From Squalus acanthias (lineage: Eukaryota), in contig CM059432.1 of assembly GCA_030390025.1 (NCBI GenBank), forward strand, positions 21,268,001-21,332,000: a stretch of 64,000 bases of DNA. The letters are read 5' to 3'. Positions 38,219 through 49,683 of this stretch are shown piece after piece. The notes beneath the pieces were generated by a model. It saw nothing but the letters and a program-made list of their open reading frames with translations. It ran no database searches and had not been told where the DNA came from. Position numbers and translations under genes: made by a program. Positions within the stretch are counted from its first letter, which is position 1. Each line of letters starts with the position of its first letter.

Positions 38219-41200
38219 ATGGAAAACATCCTTAAACCATCGCGTCTTGACTTGGACCCAAACACCCCAGCAGCCGGTAAGGTGTGGAAACACTGGTATC
38301 GCACGTTTGAGAATTTTCTTGAGTATTGCAAAGCTGATGATAACTCAAAGTTGCGGATACTCATCAACTGTGTCACCCCGAATGTATTTCAGTATGTGGA
38401 AGACTGGGACAGTTATGAGGAGGCAATTCAGACGCTTAAGAGACTATATACTAAGACACCGAATGAGGTCTATGCTAGACATCTACTAGCTACAGCCCAA
38501 CAAGGGCCGGAGGAATCCATTGATAAATTCCTCCAAGAGCTTCGCAGACTTAGTATGGACTGTAACTTTCGGGCAGCCTCAGCTGAGCTATACCGCGAAG
38601 AAATGATCCGTGATGCGTTCATCTGCGGGCTTGCCTCCCCATTTATACGCCAGCGTCTACTGGAAAGTAAGACACTTGAGCTGCAGAGAGCTTATGACCT
38701 GGCTTGCTCTCTAGATCTGGCAAAAAGAAATGCAGACCTTTTTACAGTGCCCAGACCTCGGTCTGCTGCCTTAACTACAGTCAGGCAATTTAAGAGGCCA
38801 CAGGTGAACTCTATTAGGGAGGACTTTATCCCTGACGATCGATCTGATGACTTCACTGATGAAGAGGATGATGACCCCACTGTGGCAGCCTCTTGGCAAT
38901 CTAAGAAATGCTTTTTTTGTGGTGATGAGTTTCACCCTCGGAGATTCTGCCCTGCTCGCAATGCGTTTTGCAGTCATTGCAACAAAAAGGGTCATTTTGT
39001 AAAGGTTTGCCTATCAAGAGCCTCTACGAGGGCTTATCAAGCTAAGTCCTACCGAACTGCCCCAGTAAGGGCCTATCAGGATGTTCCAACTAAAAACTAT
39101 CGTGCTTCCTCTCGGGTTTTTTCTCGAAGAAACACACCTAGAATTTCAGCCACTCTTTGTGCAACGACACCAATTACAGCTGCTTGTCCTCAGAATCTAT
39201 TCCATGCAGCTACAAAAGCATCAATTAATGGACATACTTTAGATGCCTTAATTGACTCAGGTAGCACTGATAGTTTCATTAGGGAACAGACTGTTGCACA
39301 GTTAAAGCTACATGTTTTTCCATCGGACCAGGCAGTTGCGATGGCTCAGTCATCACTTAATACCAGAATTTCTGGCTTCTGTGTAGTTGAAATAATGCTT
39401 AAAGGTCACAGGTATCCCTCCACCCGGCTTTCGGTGCTCAAGGACTTATGTAGTGATCTTATCTTAGGGCTGGATTTTCAAAAGCAGCATAAGAAGCTTA
39501 CCATTGAGTTCGGCGGATCCAAACCTGAACTCACTATTTCTAATATACGACCTCGATTACCGTTCTGTGCCTTGTCAGCAGCTTCACTGGATGAACCCTC
39601 ACTGTTTGCCAGTATCCCTCCTCGATGCAAACCGATTATAACAAAGTCACGCCGTTTCAGTCAGGAAGACCAGTCTTTTATTGCGGCTGAGATTTCTCGG
39701 CTTTTAGCAGAGGATATCATCGAGCCTTGTTCGTCGCCATGGCGCGCCCAGGTCGTTATTGTTAAGAACCCTCTACAACCTCACAAGAAACGGCTGTGCA
39801 TTGACTATTCACAGACCATCAATCAGTATACGGACTTGGACGCATACCCATTGCCGCGCATCGATGATATGGTTAATAAATTGGCTGAGTACACGGTGTT
39901 CTCGACTTATGATCTGAAAAGCGCCTATCATCAGGTACCCTTGAAGGTCTCAGACAAGCAGTATACAGCCTTTGAAGCCAATGGGCGGCTGTATCAATTT
40001 CGTCGCCTCCCCTTTGGGGTCACTAATGGAGTGGCTGTCTTCCAGCGAGCAATGGATGACCTGGTCAAACAGGAAGACTTGAAGGATACGTTTCCTTATC
40101 TGGACAATATTACTGTCGCAGGTCGCAATCAGCAGGAACATGACGCCAATCTCCAACGATTTTGGGATGCACTCCAGCACCGTAATTTGACATTGAATGC
40201 GGCTAAATCCATTGAGTCACAACCAACTATCAACATCCTTGGCTATTGTGTGGGCAATGGCATCATTAAACCTGACCCTGAAAGGCTTCGCCCACTCCAA
40301 GAACTCCCGCCACCTAAGAATCCGGCCTCCTTGCGCCGGGCCCTCGGCCTGTTTGCATACTATGCGAAATGGATTCCTAACTTCTCGGACCGAATCCAAC
40401 CTCTACTGAAGGCCAGCACATTCCCACTAGACACAACGGCTGTTGCAGCCTTTAACCTCCTGAAAAAGCAGTTGGAGAAAGCGGCTCTTCACTCCATCGA
40501 TGAGAGTCTTCCTTTCGTGGTTGAGTGTGATGCCTCGGAGGTGGCAATCTCAGCCACTCTGAATCAGGAAGGTCGTCCGGTGGCATTTTTGTCCAGGACT
40601 TTTCAAGGGGCTGAGCTACATTATCCTCCAGTCGAGAAAGAAGCTACAGCCATCATAGAGGCAGTACGGAAGTGGAGTCATCTCCTGGCTCGCCAGCACT
40701 TTACCTTAATCACGGACCAGCGATCGGTCGCCTTCATGCTCGATAATCGAAAACGGACCAAAATTAAAAATAATAAAATCCAGCTTTGGCGGCTGGAATT
40801 GGCCTCTTTTGGTTACACCATCCACTATCGACCTGGCAAGGAGAATGTGGCTCCGGATACCCTCACACGAGCATTCTGCTCCGCCATGGCACCCTCTACG
40901 CTCGTAGACATCCATGATGGGTTGTGTCATCCAGGCGTTACTCGCATGCTGCACTTCGTGCGGTCCCGAAATCTCCCATTCTCTACCGGGGATGTAAAGA
41001 AGATGTGCTCGGACTGCAGAGTCTGTGCGGAATTGAAACCTCGGTTTTTCCGCCCCTCGGGTGGTATACTCATACATGCGACCCAGCCAATGCAAAGGCT
41101 TAGCATCGATTTTAAGGGGCCGTTGCCCTCTTCGACTCGCAACACTTATCTATTAACAATGGTTGATGAGTATTCTCGTTTTCCGTTTGCCTTTCCCTGC

Positions 41201-42175
41201 CCCAATATGCTGACAACCACGGTTATCAGCTGCCTTGAACAGGTATTTGCTTTCTGTGGCATGGCATCCTATGTTCATTCAGATCGGGGCCCTTCTTTTA
41301 TGTCGGGAGAACTCAAGGCCTATCTCTCGGAACGGGGTATTGCTGCCAGCAAAACGACGCCTTATCATCCGGTTGGGAATGGGCAAGTCGAGCGTTTTAA
41401 CGCTATCATCTGGAATGCGGTACGTCTGGCTTTGAGATCTCGGGGCCTACCCAACCAGCATTGGGAAGCAGTACTTCCAGACGCATTACACTCCACACGG
41501 TCCCTCCTTTCGACCGCCACAAATACGATGCCTCATGAACGGTTCTTCCGATTTCAGCGTCGCTCATCCTATGGGACATCTCTCCCGTCGTGGCTGACTG
41601 CACCGGGACCAGTGCTACTCCGAAGATATGTCCGGGCGTCTAAGAATGACCCCCTGGTAGATGAGGTTGAGCTCACTGACGTCAACCCTACCTACGCCTA
41701 TATTCGGTATCCTGACGGTCGGGAATCTACCGTGTCATTGCGGGATCTGGCTCCCTGCCCGCCGAAACATAGAGGGACACCAGGGGATGATATTGTACCA
41801 GGCACATCTCTGGGCTTGCCAGGTGCCTCTCATCATGATCGGGATCTGACGCCGGCTGGTACCTCACTCCAGCGTGCCGACCTGGGGCAGACTGACTATG
41901 AGCCCGTCGGGGCTCGCACGCGCAGCCACGATCAACCCTGTACCGTACGCTCAGAAACGGATCTGCCACAGCCCTGCCCGACACCCATTCGGGTACCAGT
42001 ACACAGTCAGGATCGTTCTGACCCCTCACAGAGCGGGCTGGAGCACTCGGACTCTGGTCCATGGCCCGCAGCGGGTAAACGGGCTAGGGGCCCTCTACCG
42101 CTACGAGAACCCAAACGGGTGCGGCTCTCCCTCATCCAACGGCTACGAAATGGAGGGAGCATTCCGGCCTCCTAA
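38219..42175 (+). CDS. Gag-Pol polyprotein (Gag with zinc knuckles, aspartic protease, RT, RNase H, integrase), 1318 aa
   Basis: CFFCGDEFHPRRFC...CSHCNKKGHFVKVC knuckles; ALIDSGS protease; RT motifs RLCIDY, FSTYDLKSAYHQ, LPFG, YLDN; RNase H CDAS...EKEATA...LITDQ...VAPDTLTR; integrase H-H-C-C and D,D(35)E (SIDFKG, HSDRG, QVERFN). Domain order PR-RT-RH-IN is Gypsy. No chromodomain or env seen. Confidence 0.97.
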   Translation: MENILKPSRLDLDPNTPAAGKVWKHWYRTFENFLEYCKADDNSKLRILINCVTPNVFQYVEDWDSYEEAIQTLKRLYTKTPNEVYARHLLATAQQGPEESIDKFLQELRRLSMDCNFRAASAELYREEMIRDAFICGLASPFIRQRLLESKTLELQRAYDLACSLDLAKRNADLFTVPRPRSAALTTVRQFKRPQVNSIREDFIPDDRSDDFTDEEDDDPTVAASWQSKKCFFCGDEFHPRRFCPARNAFCSHCNKKGHFVKVCLSRASTRAYQAKSYRTAPVRAYQDVPTKNYRASSRVFSRRNTPRISATLCATTPITAACPQNLFHAATKASINGHTLDALIDSGSTDSFIREQTVAQLKLHVFPSDQAVAMAQSSLNTRISGFCVVEIMLKGHRYPSTRLSVLKDLCSDLILGLDFQKQHKKLTIEFGGSKPELTISNIRPRLPFCALSAASLDEPSLFASIPPRCKPIITKSRRFSQEDQSFIAAEISRLLAEDIIEPCSSPWRAQVVIVKNPLQPHKKRLCIDYSQTINQYTDLDAYPLPRIDDMVNKLAEYTVFSTYDLKSAYHQVPLKVSDKQYTAFEANGRLYQFRRLPFGVTNGVAVFQRAMDDLVKQEDLKDTFPYLDNITVAGRNQQEHDANLQRFWDALQHRNLTLNAAKSIESQPTINILGYCVGNGIIKPDPERLRPLQELPPPKNPASLRRALGLFAYYAKWIPNFSDRIQPLLKASTFPLDTTAVAAFNLLKKQLEKAALHSIDESLPFVVECDASEVAISATLNQEGRPVAFLSRTFQGAELHYPPVEKEATAIIEAVRKWSHLLARQHFTLITDQRSVAFMLDNRKRTKIKNNKIQLWRLELASFGYTIHYRPGKENVAPDTLTRAFCSAMAPSTLVDIHDGLCHPGVTRMLHFVRSRNLPFSTGDVKKMCSDCRVCAELKPRFFRPSGGILIHATQPMQRLSIDFKGPLPSSTRNTYLLTMVDEYSRFPFAFPCPNMLTTTVISCLEQVFAFCGMASYVHSDRGPSFMSGELKAYLSERGIAASKTTPYHPVGNGQVERFNAIIWNAVRLALRSRGLPNQHWEAVLPDALHSTRSLLSTATNTMPHERFFRFQRRSSYGTSLPSWLTAPGPVLLRRYVRASKNDPLVDEVELTDVNPTYAYIRYPDGRESTVSLRDLAPCPPKHRGTPGDDIVPGTSLGLPGASHHDRDLTPAGTSLQRADLGQTDYEPVGARTRSHDQPCTVRSETDLPQPCPTPIRVPVHSQDRSDPSQSGLEHSDSGPWPAAGKRARGPLPLREPKRVRLSLIQRLRNGGSIPAS

Positions 42176-42193
42176 TCTTTTGGGGGGGGAGAA

Positions 42194-42376
42194 TGTGGTA
42201 ACACTTTTCAGCTTCCTGTATGACATCACTTCCTGTAATCAGTCCAGGATAAATACTGGACTGATCAGTTAGCTCTGGAAGAGGCATAGGGTAAGACCTC
42301 TTTTGTATGCAGCACCGTTTTAAGTTGATTAAAGCTTACATTAAGTTTACCACGCGTAAGGCTCATTCTTACGACA
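42194..42376 (+). repeat. 3' LTR of the Gypsy element
   Basis: Identical to the 5' LTR; preceded by the polypurine tract. Confidence 0.97.
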
Positions 42377-45059
42377 CTGAGAGTGGTGAATCTTTGGAAT
42401 TCTCTACCCCAGAGGGCTTTGGAGGCTCAATCATTGGGTATATTCAAAACAGACGTCGATAGATTTCTGACTAGTAAGGGCATCAAGGGATATGGCGATA
42501 GGGCTAGTGAATGGAGTTGAGGCAGAAGATCAGCCATGATCTCATTGAATGGCGGAGCAGGCTCGAAGGGCCAAATGGCCTACTCCTGCTCCTATTTCTT
42601 ATGTTCTTATGTTCTTATAGCGCCTTTCATGACCTCAGAATGTCCCAAAGCACTTTACAGCAAATAAAATACTTTTGAAGTGTAGTCACCGTTGTAATGT
42701 AGAAAATCTGTACAACTGAAGCCTCTGTTATATGATGTCAGGCTAATTGATAGCCTATAACACTCCCTACCCCAATTCCTCAGTGGCCTATGCTGGCTCC
42801 CTGTCCCCGCAGTGCATCACATTCAAAATCCTTGTTCTGATCTACCAATCCCTCTGCGGTCTCAGCCCACTCTACTTCTTCAACCTCCTCCAGCCTTGCA
42901 TCTGCTCCTGTGCCATCCAGTCCTCTGCCTCTGTCATGCTTTGCATCCCTTCTCCCTCCACCCTACAATTGTTGGCAGAGCCTTCAGCCATTTTGTCGCT
43001 ACTCTCTGGACGTCCCTCCAGACAATGGGGAGCTGACCAATCATACTGCACTTGCATAACAAACGTTTAACACTCGTGAAACAGTTAACATGCCACATAA
43101 GTGGAAGTAACAGTAAAAAAAGGTCACCATTTCATTTGGTTATTGCAAAAATCTTATGGTGCCGCTCCTAGATTTATTCTCCATATTGTAGCAGTAGAAA
43201 GAGTGTAGGAAACAAAAATTAATGAAATTTCCTTTTTGACTTAATGGTGTTAATAATGCACGATAAGTTATTCATTATTAATGTAGTGAAACCTCAGTAT
43301 AATTGGCCTTATTGGTAGGCCTGTTAGGCGATCCCGCATATTAATATAACAAAAGCTTCTTGAGAGCATTCAAAGATGAAAAGATTTTATATTCTGATTC
43401 TGCCAGCCCCATTCATCAGTACGGGCTGATTCTTATTTACTTTCCCTTTCTCTATTCTGATTTATGTTGATGCTGGTAGGACATAATTTGTTACAGTTCC
43501 CTTTCAACCAACACCACTGCCAAGCACATAGGCATTTGTACTTTGTATCCCCTCTCTTAATATTACTCTCTATAATTCATAATATGACACTGTACTCGAT
43601 TTATTACATTACCTCCCTCCATCTATCGAACTAGTTTAACTGCAGAATAATAAGCACTGCAAAGCACCTCAAGAGCACGTCATTGTGTGAAGTACTGTGA
43701 GAAAATTCAATATGGTGAGGTACTGTATAAATGAAAATATTATACTAATTATTGGCATTGTCTAATTACTATTTATTGATTTACCTCATCTCTCCTACTC
43801 TTTTCCACTTTGCTATCCTAAAGTTTGGGCCTTGGCCTCTCTCGCCGGTTTCTCAAATTTTAATAAATTAGTCCTGATTTGCCTTATGATGTCATTTATT
43901 TCACATTAAACTTAACACTTTTACACAAGATTCAGAAAGACCAGTCTATTAGCGGCAACAATATTGAGCTTCCAGCTACTTAAAGTGATTTAACTATGTG
44001 CACTGGTAAATTATTTGAAACCGTGCACTGACGTCACTTGGAAGTTGGTTTGTTATTGTCACCCAGTTCCAGCAAAGGTATATTGATCCTTTATCATATA
44101 ATTAGCATTACAAGGCCATGCTGTGAAATAATGAGCATTCATTGCAGTGCAAGCTACCTAGGAGTGTACTACTGGGAAATGATTCTGTTCTGCAGCCAAT
44201 GGCCCTTGTACAGAGTCTACTTACTCTATCCTAAACCTCCTGTTCGTCAACTGGACCTCTTGATGTTGCATTATAGCACGACTGGTGCTCGATTACTCCA
44301 TGTCTTGGACATTCCTCTTAAATGATTAACTTTTTGTGCACTGCTTCCCAGCCCTGTCACTCTTGCTGGATTGCATTAAACATCTATTAGGGACAACATG
44401 TTCTTGGTTTTTTGACTGTTTTCTTACAAACCTTACTACTTCAGAAAGTTTTCTTTTCATATTTGTTTCTGCTTTTGCAGTTTATTGAATCTATACAACA
44501 TCATATTTGTATTTTATCCAGATGGACCCACAGTAATAAAATATAACTGTTCTTATGTCTATAATTTTGTTGGCAACCAAGATTGAAAACACCTTGAATA
44601 TTACATCGACATGGATTCAATTATATTTGCTTGCAGTACAACCCTATTTATTTATTTTTTCTGTTGAACTCTGGGTTCCCCAAAAGTTGAAAGACACCAT
44701 GCTGGATGTTGAGGTGGAGGAGAGCTTGGGCTAAAAATTGGCTAGCCCCCCAAAAATGGGTGTGGGGATTGCGATGCGCAATTAACCCGTGCTTGTTCAA
44801 TGTAATGCAGGCAGCATGCAAACTTCGTGCTGCCTGCTAATTATAATGATAGTGGTGTGTAGTCCAGTGCTAAATGTGCAGCTGAGTGGCTGCACACTCA
44901 GCAGGGGCCCAAGTTCGTGCAAGACTAGCACCAATTAAAGCTAGCCTGCAGTTCTTCAAGCCAGCCTGCACCTCTTAAAGGGGAGGTGCATTCTGGCTGC
45001 AGCAGGTACTGGAAGTCATTGTAGAGGAGTGTGTGACCTACAGGAAGAGTGAAGATAGA

Positions 45060-45965
45060 GCAATGTGGCAGAGAGAAGGCTCCCAGATTTTCAGATGCAG
45101 TACTCAAGGCCCTAGTGCAGGAGGTGGACAGGAGGAGAGATGTCTTATATCCACAGGGGGGCAGGTGGCCATCCAGACAGATGCTGAGAAGGGAACGGGA
45201 GCAGATATCTGTCGCTGTCAACGTAAGCAGTGTAGCCCCAAGGACTTAGATGCAGTGCAGGAAGAAATTTATTGACCTCACATGAGTGGTAAAGGTCAGT
45301 GAATTGGTCTTCAAATGCCATATCCCACAAGCTTCACCACCAACCTCACACACTGCTCAATTCACCACACCCCCATTACTCACCTACCAACAATCTCTAT
45401 CAATCATGACTCATACCTCACATTCATATGCTCTATCTCACCCTCACACACTTACCTATTCAACCATGACAGCCACATCAGTCAAACACTGTGAACCACA
45501 CTCACTGACACACTTCCCACTCTCATTGAGGACAAGGTGGTGCACAATCATAGGCAGCTGCAGCTAACTGGAAGGGGACAGGCATGCCTCTATATCTTGA
45601 CCCCACTTGAGAAAACAGTGCTCACCATAATTAGAGTGGCTGTGACTGAGGCCATGGTCAGCTGCGGCGCTGAAAGCATTGAAGATGATGGTATGCTCAT
45701 TGCTCATAGCTAATCCTCATTCTCACATCCCACTTCCACTTCATCCCACAATCTCTTCTGATTTACAAACTGCAGATGGTGTAAGCATGCACCTCTTGCT
45801 TATGCCCCTCTCCCTCACTACAACCCTACCCTTGTGCCTTTCTCATTATAGAGACCCAATAAATCCAAGCTAGCCAGGCAACGGTGCAAGAGGAAGAGGA
45901 AGAGGAGAATGATGATGACGAAGAAACACTGTCACTCGATCTGACACTGGCAGCCACCAGCTCAG
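45060..45965 (+). pseudogene. Harbinger Myb/SANT-like DNA-binding protein gene remnant (about 3 exons)
   Basis: REKAPRFSDAVLKALVQEVDRRRDVLYP...APRT*MQCRKKFIDL, then GTCAGT donor at about 45295; DKVVHNHRQLQLTG from about 45531; acidic exon at about 45852-45965. Confidence 0.75.
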
Positions 45966-45967
45966 AG

Positions 45968-47530
45968 GTTCCATGCTGCCGACGAAGCCTTGGCGAGTTG
46001 CTGCAGGGCATCTTGTAGATGGTGCACACTGCAGCCACGGTACGCCGGTGGTGGAGGGAGTGAATATTTAAGGTGGTGGATGGGGTGCCAATCAAGCGGG
46101 CTGCTTTGTCCTGGATGGTGTCGAGCTTCTTGAGTGTTGTTGGAGCTGTACTCATCCAGGCAAGTGGAGAGTATTCTTTCACACTCCTTACTTGTGCCTT
46201 GTAGATGGTGGAAAGGCTTTGGGGAGTCAGGAGGTGAGACACTCGCCGCAGAATACCCAGCCTCTGACCTGCTCTTGTTGCCACAGTATTTATGTGGCTG
46301 GTCCAGTTAAGTTTCTGGTTAATGGTGACCCCCAGGATATTGATAGTGGGGGATTAAGCGATGGTAATGCCATTGAATATCAAGGGGAGGTGGTTGGACT
46401 CTCGCTTGTTGGAGATAGTCATTGCCTGGCACTTCTGTGGCGCGAATGTTACCTGCCACTTATCAGCCCAAGCCTGAACATCGTCCAGGTCTTGCTGCAT
46501 GCGGGCATGGACTGCTTCATTATCTGTGGAGTTGTGAATGGCTCTCAACACTGTGCAGTCATCAGCGAACATCTGACCTTATGTTGGAGGGAAGGTCATT
46601 GATGAAACAGCTGAAGATGGTTGGGCCTAGGACACTGCCCTGAGGAACTCCTGCAGCAATGTCCCGGGGCTGTGATGATTGACCTTTAACCACCACAACC
46701 ATCTTCCTTTGTGCTAGGTATGACTCCAGCCAGTGGAGCGTTTTCCCCCTGATTCCCATTGACGTCAGTTTTACTAGGGCTCCTTGATGCCACACTCGGT
46801 CAAATGCTGCCTTGATGTCAAGGGCAGTCATTCTCACCTCACCTCTGGAATTCAGCTCTTTTGTCCATGTTTGGACCAAGGCTGTAATGAGGTCAGGAGC
46901 CAAGTGGTCTTGGCGAAACCCAAACTGGGCATCAGTGAGCAGGTTATTGGTGAGTAAGTGCCACTTGATAGTACTGTCGATGACACCTTCCATCACTTTT
47001 TGATGATTGAGAGTAGACGGATGGGGCGGTAATTGGTCGGGTTGGATTTGTCCTGCTTTTTGTGGACAGGACATACCTGGGCAGTTTTCCACATTGTCGG
47101 ATAGATGCCAGTGTTGTAGCTGTACTGGAACAGCTTGGCTAGAGGCGCGGCTAGTTCTGGAGCACAAGTCTTCAGCACGATAGCCGGGATATTGTCGGGG
47201 CCCATAGCCTTTGCTGTATCCAGTGCACTCAGACGTTTCTTGATATCACGTGGAGTGAATCGAATTGGCTGAAGACTGGCTTCTGTGATGGTGGGGACCT
47301 TGGGAGTAGGCCGATATGAATCATCCACTCGGCACTTCTGGCTGAAGTTGGTTGCAAACGCTTCAGCCTTGTCTTTTGCACTCACGTGCTGGGCTCCACA
47401 TCATTGAGGATGGGGATATTCTTGGAGCCTCCTTCTCCCGTTAGTTAGTTAATGGTCCGCCACCATTCACGACTGGATGTGGCAGGACTGCAGAGCTTTG
47501 ATCTGATCCGTTGATTGTGGGATCGCTTAG
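45968..47530 (-). mobile_element. CR1/L2-group LINE RT fragment (AGQRLGILRR family)
   Basis: KAMGPDNIP, NYRPIRLLS, DAQFGFR, ALDIKAAFDRVWH, GVPQGSVLGP, MFADDCT. Confidence 0.93.
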
Positions 47531-47708
47531 ATTTCAGAGGTGTGGGATGCCCTTGGTCAATTAGTGTTTTGGGACTGAAACCCACCTCTGCTGACATCAC
47601 TTTTCCAGCCTGATTTTATGGCTGCTTGCTGCCTTGGCTCATTCCACGGGATTTCTGCCTATGCTGCACCACCTGCAACATATTCTGAGAAACCACTGTG
47701 TCCAATTC

Positions 47709-47926
47709 CAAATGTGAGAAGTCGCACAACACCAGGTTATAGTCCAACAGGTTTATTTGAAATCACAAGCTTTCGGAGCGCTGCTCCTTCATCAGGTGAA
47801 GTCACCTGACGAAGGAGCAGCGCTCCGAAAGCTTGTGATTTCAAATAAACCTGTTGGACTATAACCTGGTGTTGTGCGACTTCTCACATTTGTCCACCCC
47901 AGTCCAACACCGGCATCTCCACATCA
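47709..47926. mobile_element. Fold-back Penelope-like element terminal fragment with two hammerheads
   Basis: 184-bp palindrome 47709-47892 (2-nt centre, one arm mismatch at 47791/47810) plus the shared tail; 11-bp TSD TCCAATTCCAA (47701-47711, 47927-47937). Confidence 0.92.
47802..47838 (+). ncRNA. Minimal type I hammerhead ribozyme; mirror copy on the minus strand at 47763-47799
   Basis: Stem I UCAC/GUGA; core CUGACGA (CUGAUGA in the mirror); stem II GGAGC/GCUCC; GAAA; palindromic AAGCUU; triplet CUU. Confidence 0.8.
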
Positions 47927-48350
47927 TCCAATTCCAAGGCAAGGGCATCCCTGAGGCTCTCAGATGAGGTGCTGCAAATGTTGTTTGAGGGGGTGACAGC
48001 TAGCAGGGAGGTGCTCTTCCACTCATCTGGGAGGAATAGGCCTCCCAAAGAAACCAAGGCTATGTGGGTACAGCTGGCAAGGGATATAACCTCCAGATCT
48101 GTGAGCAGATTGGGAGAATGTTTCTGTGTATTGATGAAATGCCATCCCTGTTGGAAAGCATTAAAATGATTTGATGGCAAAATGTTGGCATTATGGCATC
48201 TGTTCTTTCGCCTTAGGCAGCTCCACATTGCAGGCTCCGCCACACTTGCGTTGTCAGGTTGGTGGCCTAAGTGAAAGGAGGCCAGAGAGTCATGTCCATT
48301 GTCAATGATGTCTTAGGATGGAGCCAAGGACATGTGCCAACTTGGGCAAC

Positions 48351-49683
48351 CTATGCAAATCTGGCCAGGATAAGTTCATCCCTTGCATCCCGGGCAGCCA
48401 TGTGCTCAAGTGCTGCCGCTGCTGCTGGTCGATACACCGGTGCTCTGACCTCCTCCTGTTCCTCCTCCGCCTTCTCCTGCTCCACCTCCTCCTCCTGCTC
48501 CAACTCCTCCTCCTCCAGATCCTCCTCCTCCTCCAGATCCTCCTCCTCCTCAGCCTCCTCCTCCTCCTCATCCTCATCCTCATCTGAGGAGTGCTGGAAC
48601 TGAGCCACTTGCTCATCAGGAAGCTGCAAGGCACAACGCTGTGTGATGTTGTGCAGTGCACAGCAGACCACAACCATTCTAGAGACCCTGTATGGTGTAT
48701 ACTGCAGGGCTCCACCTGATCAGTCAAGGCAACGGAAGTGCATCTTCAACAACCCAATGGTTTGCTCGATGATGGACCTGGTCGAAGTGCGGCTGGCATT
48801 ATAGCGCTCTTCAGCCTCGTTAGCTGGCCTCCTGATCGGCGTCATTAGCCGCTTGTTCAGGGGGTAGCCTTTGTCACCAAGGAGCCATCCGTTAAGTTGG
48901 TTTGATGGATTGCAAAGCGGAGGGACACTAGAGTGCCGCAGGATCAAAGAGTCATGGCAACTACCACAGAACTTGGCGCAAACATGCAAGAACTCCTTCC
49001 TGTGGTTACACACCAGCTGTACGTTGAGGGAGTGGAAGCCCTTTCGGTTGACAAAGATAGCTGGGTTGTGATGGGGTGCCCTCAGGGCCACATGTGTGCA
49101 GTCTATGACGCCCTGCACCATTGGCATGCCTGCCATATTTGCAAAGCCAACCGAACAGGCGGTTATACTTGCTTAATCTCTTGAGAACTGGATGTAATTG
49201 TGGGCCTTTGCGTAAAGGGCATCGGTAACCTGTGTGATGCAACTGTGGGCGGCCGACTGGGAGATGCCGCTGATGTCTGCTGATGATCCCTGGAAGGAGC
49301 CTGAGGCAAAGAAGTTGAGTGGTGGTGACTTTGACGGCCACTGGTAAGGGGTGTCCACCCGTTCCTCTGGGCACCAGGTCTTGCTGCAGCATTCCGCAGA
49401 TCTCTCGGACAACCTCTCGCGAAAGTCTCAGCCTCCTTTGGCACTGCTGCTCACTCTTGTTGAGGTTGCTCATCCTCTGTCTGTAAACCCTCTGTTGGGG
49501 GTATCTCCTGTGGTGAGGTGCCTCGATACGCTGGCGCCTTCTGCCCTGTGCAGCATCAGGCGGCTGAGCAGGAGGTTGGGGCTCCTGCTGCTGTTGCTGC
49601 TGAGCTGCCTGGTTCTGCTGCTGCCATGGATACTCCTCATCCTCATCTGAGGTCCATGGTGACAGAAAACGAATGGTTCCCAT
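48351..49683 (-). pseudogene. PIF/Harbinger (HARBI1-like) DDE transposase pseudogene
   Basis: Read across four ORF pieces: RRLRLSRE..., [10 protein letters not shown]...[67 protein letters not shown], acidic tail. Disrupted by frameshift and stops. Its own element end AAAATCGCCCC is at about 50199-50209. Confidence 0.93.

Larger units (their letters stand above)
37957..42376 (+). mobile_element. Full-length Ty3/Gypsy LTR retrotransposon, intact and recent
   Basis: Two 183-bp LTRs (37957-38139, 42194-42376), identical by eye, with TG...CA ends. 5-bp TSD CTGAG at 37952-37956 and 42377-42381. Polypurine tract GGGGGGGGAGAA at 42182-42193. One long internal ORF. It splits the CR1 coding sequence 'RRNFFTL|RVVNLWN'. 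Confidence 0.98.
35660..42620 (+). mobile_element. CR1 LINE (endonuclease end, RT, 3' UTR) hosting the Gypsy insertion and an about 80-bp CR1-tail insertion (about 37470-37551)
   Basis: ORFs 35691-36281 (EPTREQAILDL, GTSDHNMI), 36299-37018, 37072-37347 and 37541 onward; resumes at 42377 and ends in (TTCTTATG)n. Confidence 0.95.

Noticed and set aside
41874..42272. 132-aa ORF near the Gypsy 3' end as an env or accessory gene
   Set aside because: It overlaps pol in another frame and runs into the LTR; no signal peptide or transmembrane segment.
48271..48727. Ser-rich and Arg-rich ORFs
   Set aside because: Alternate frames or antisense of the transposase acidic tail.
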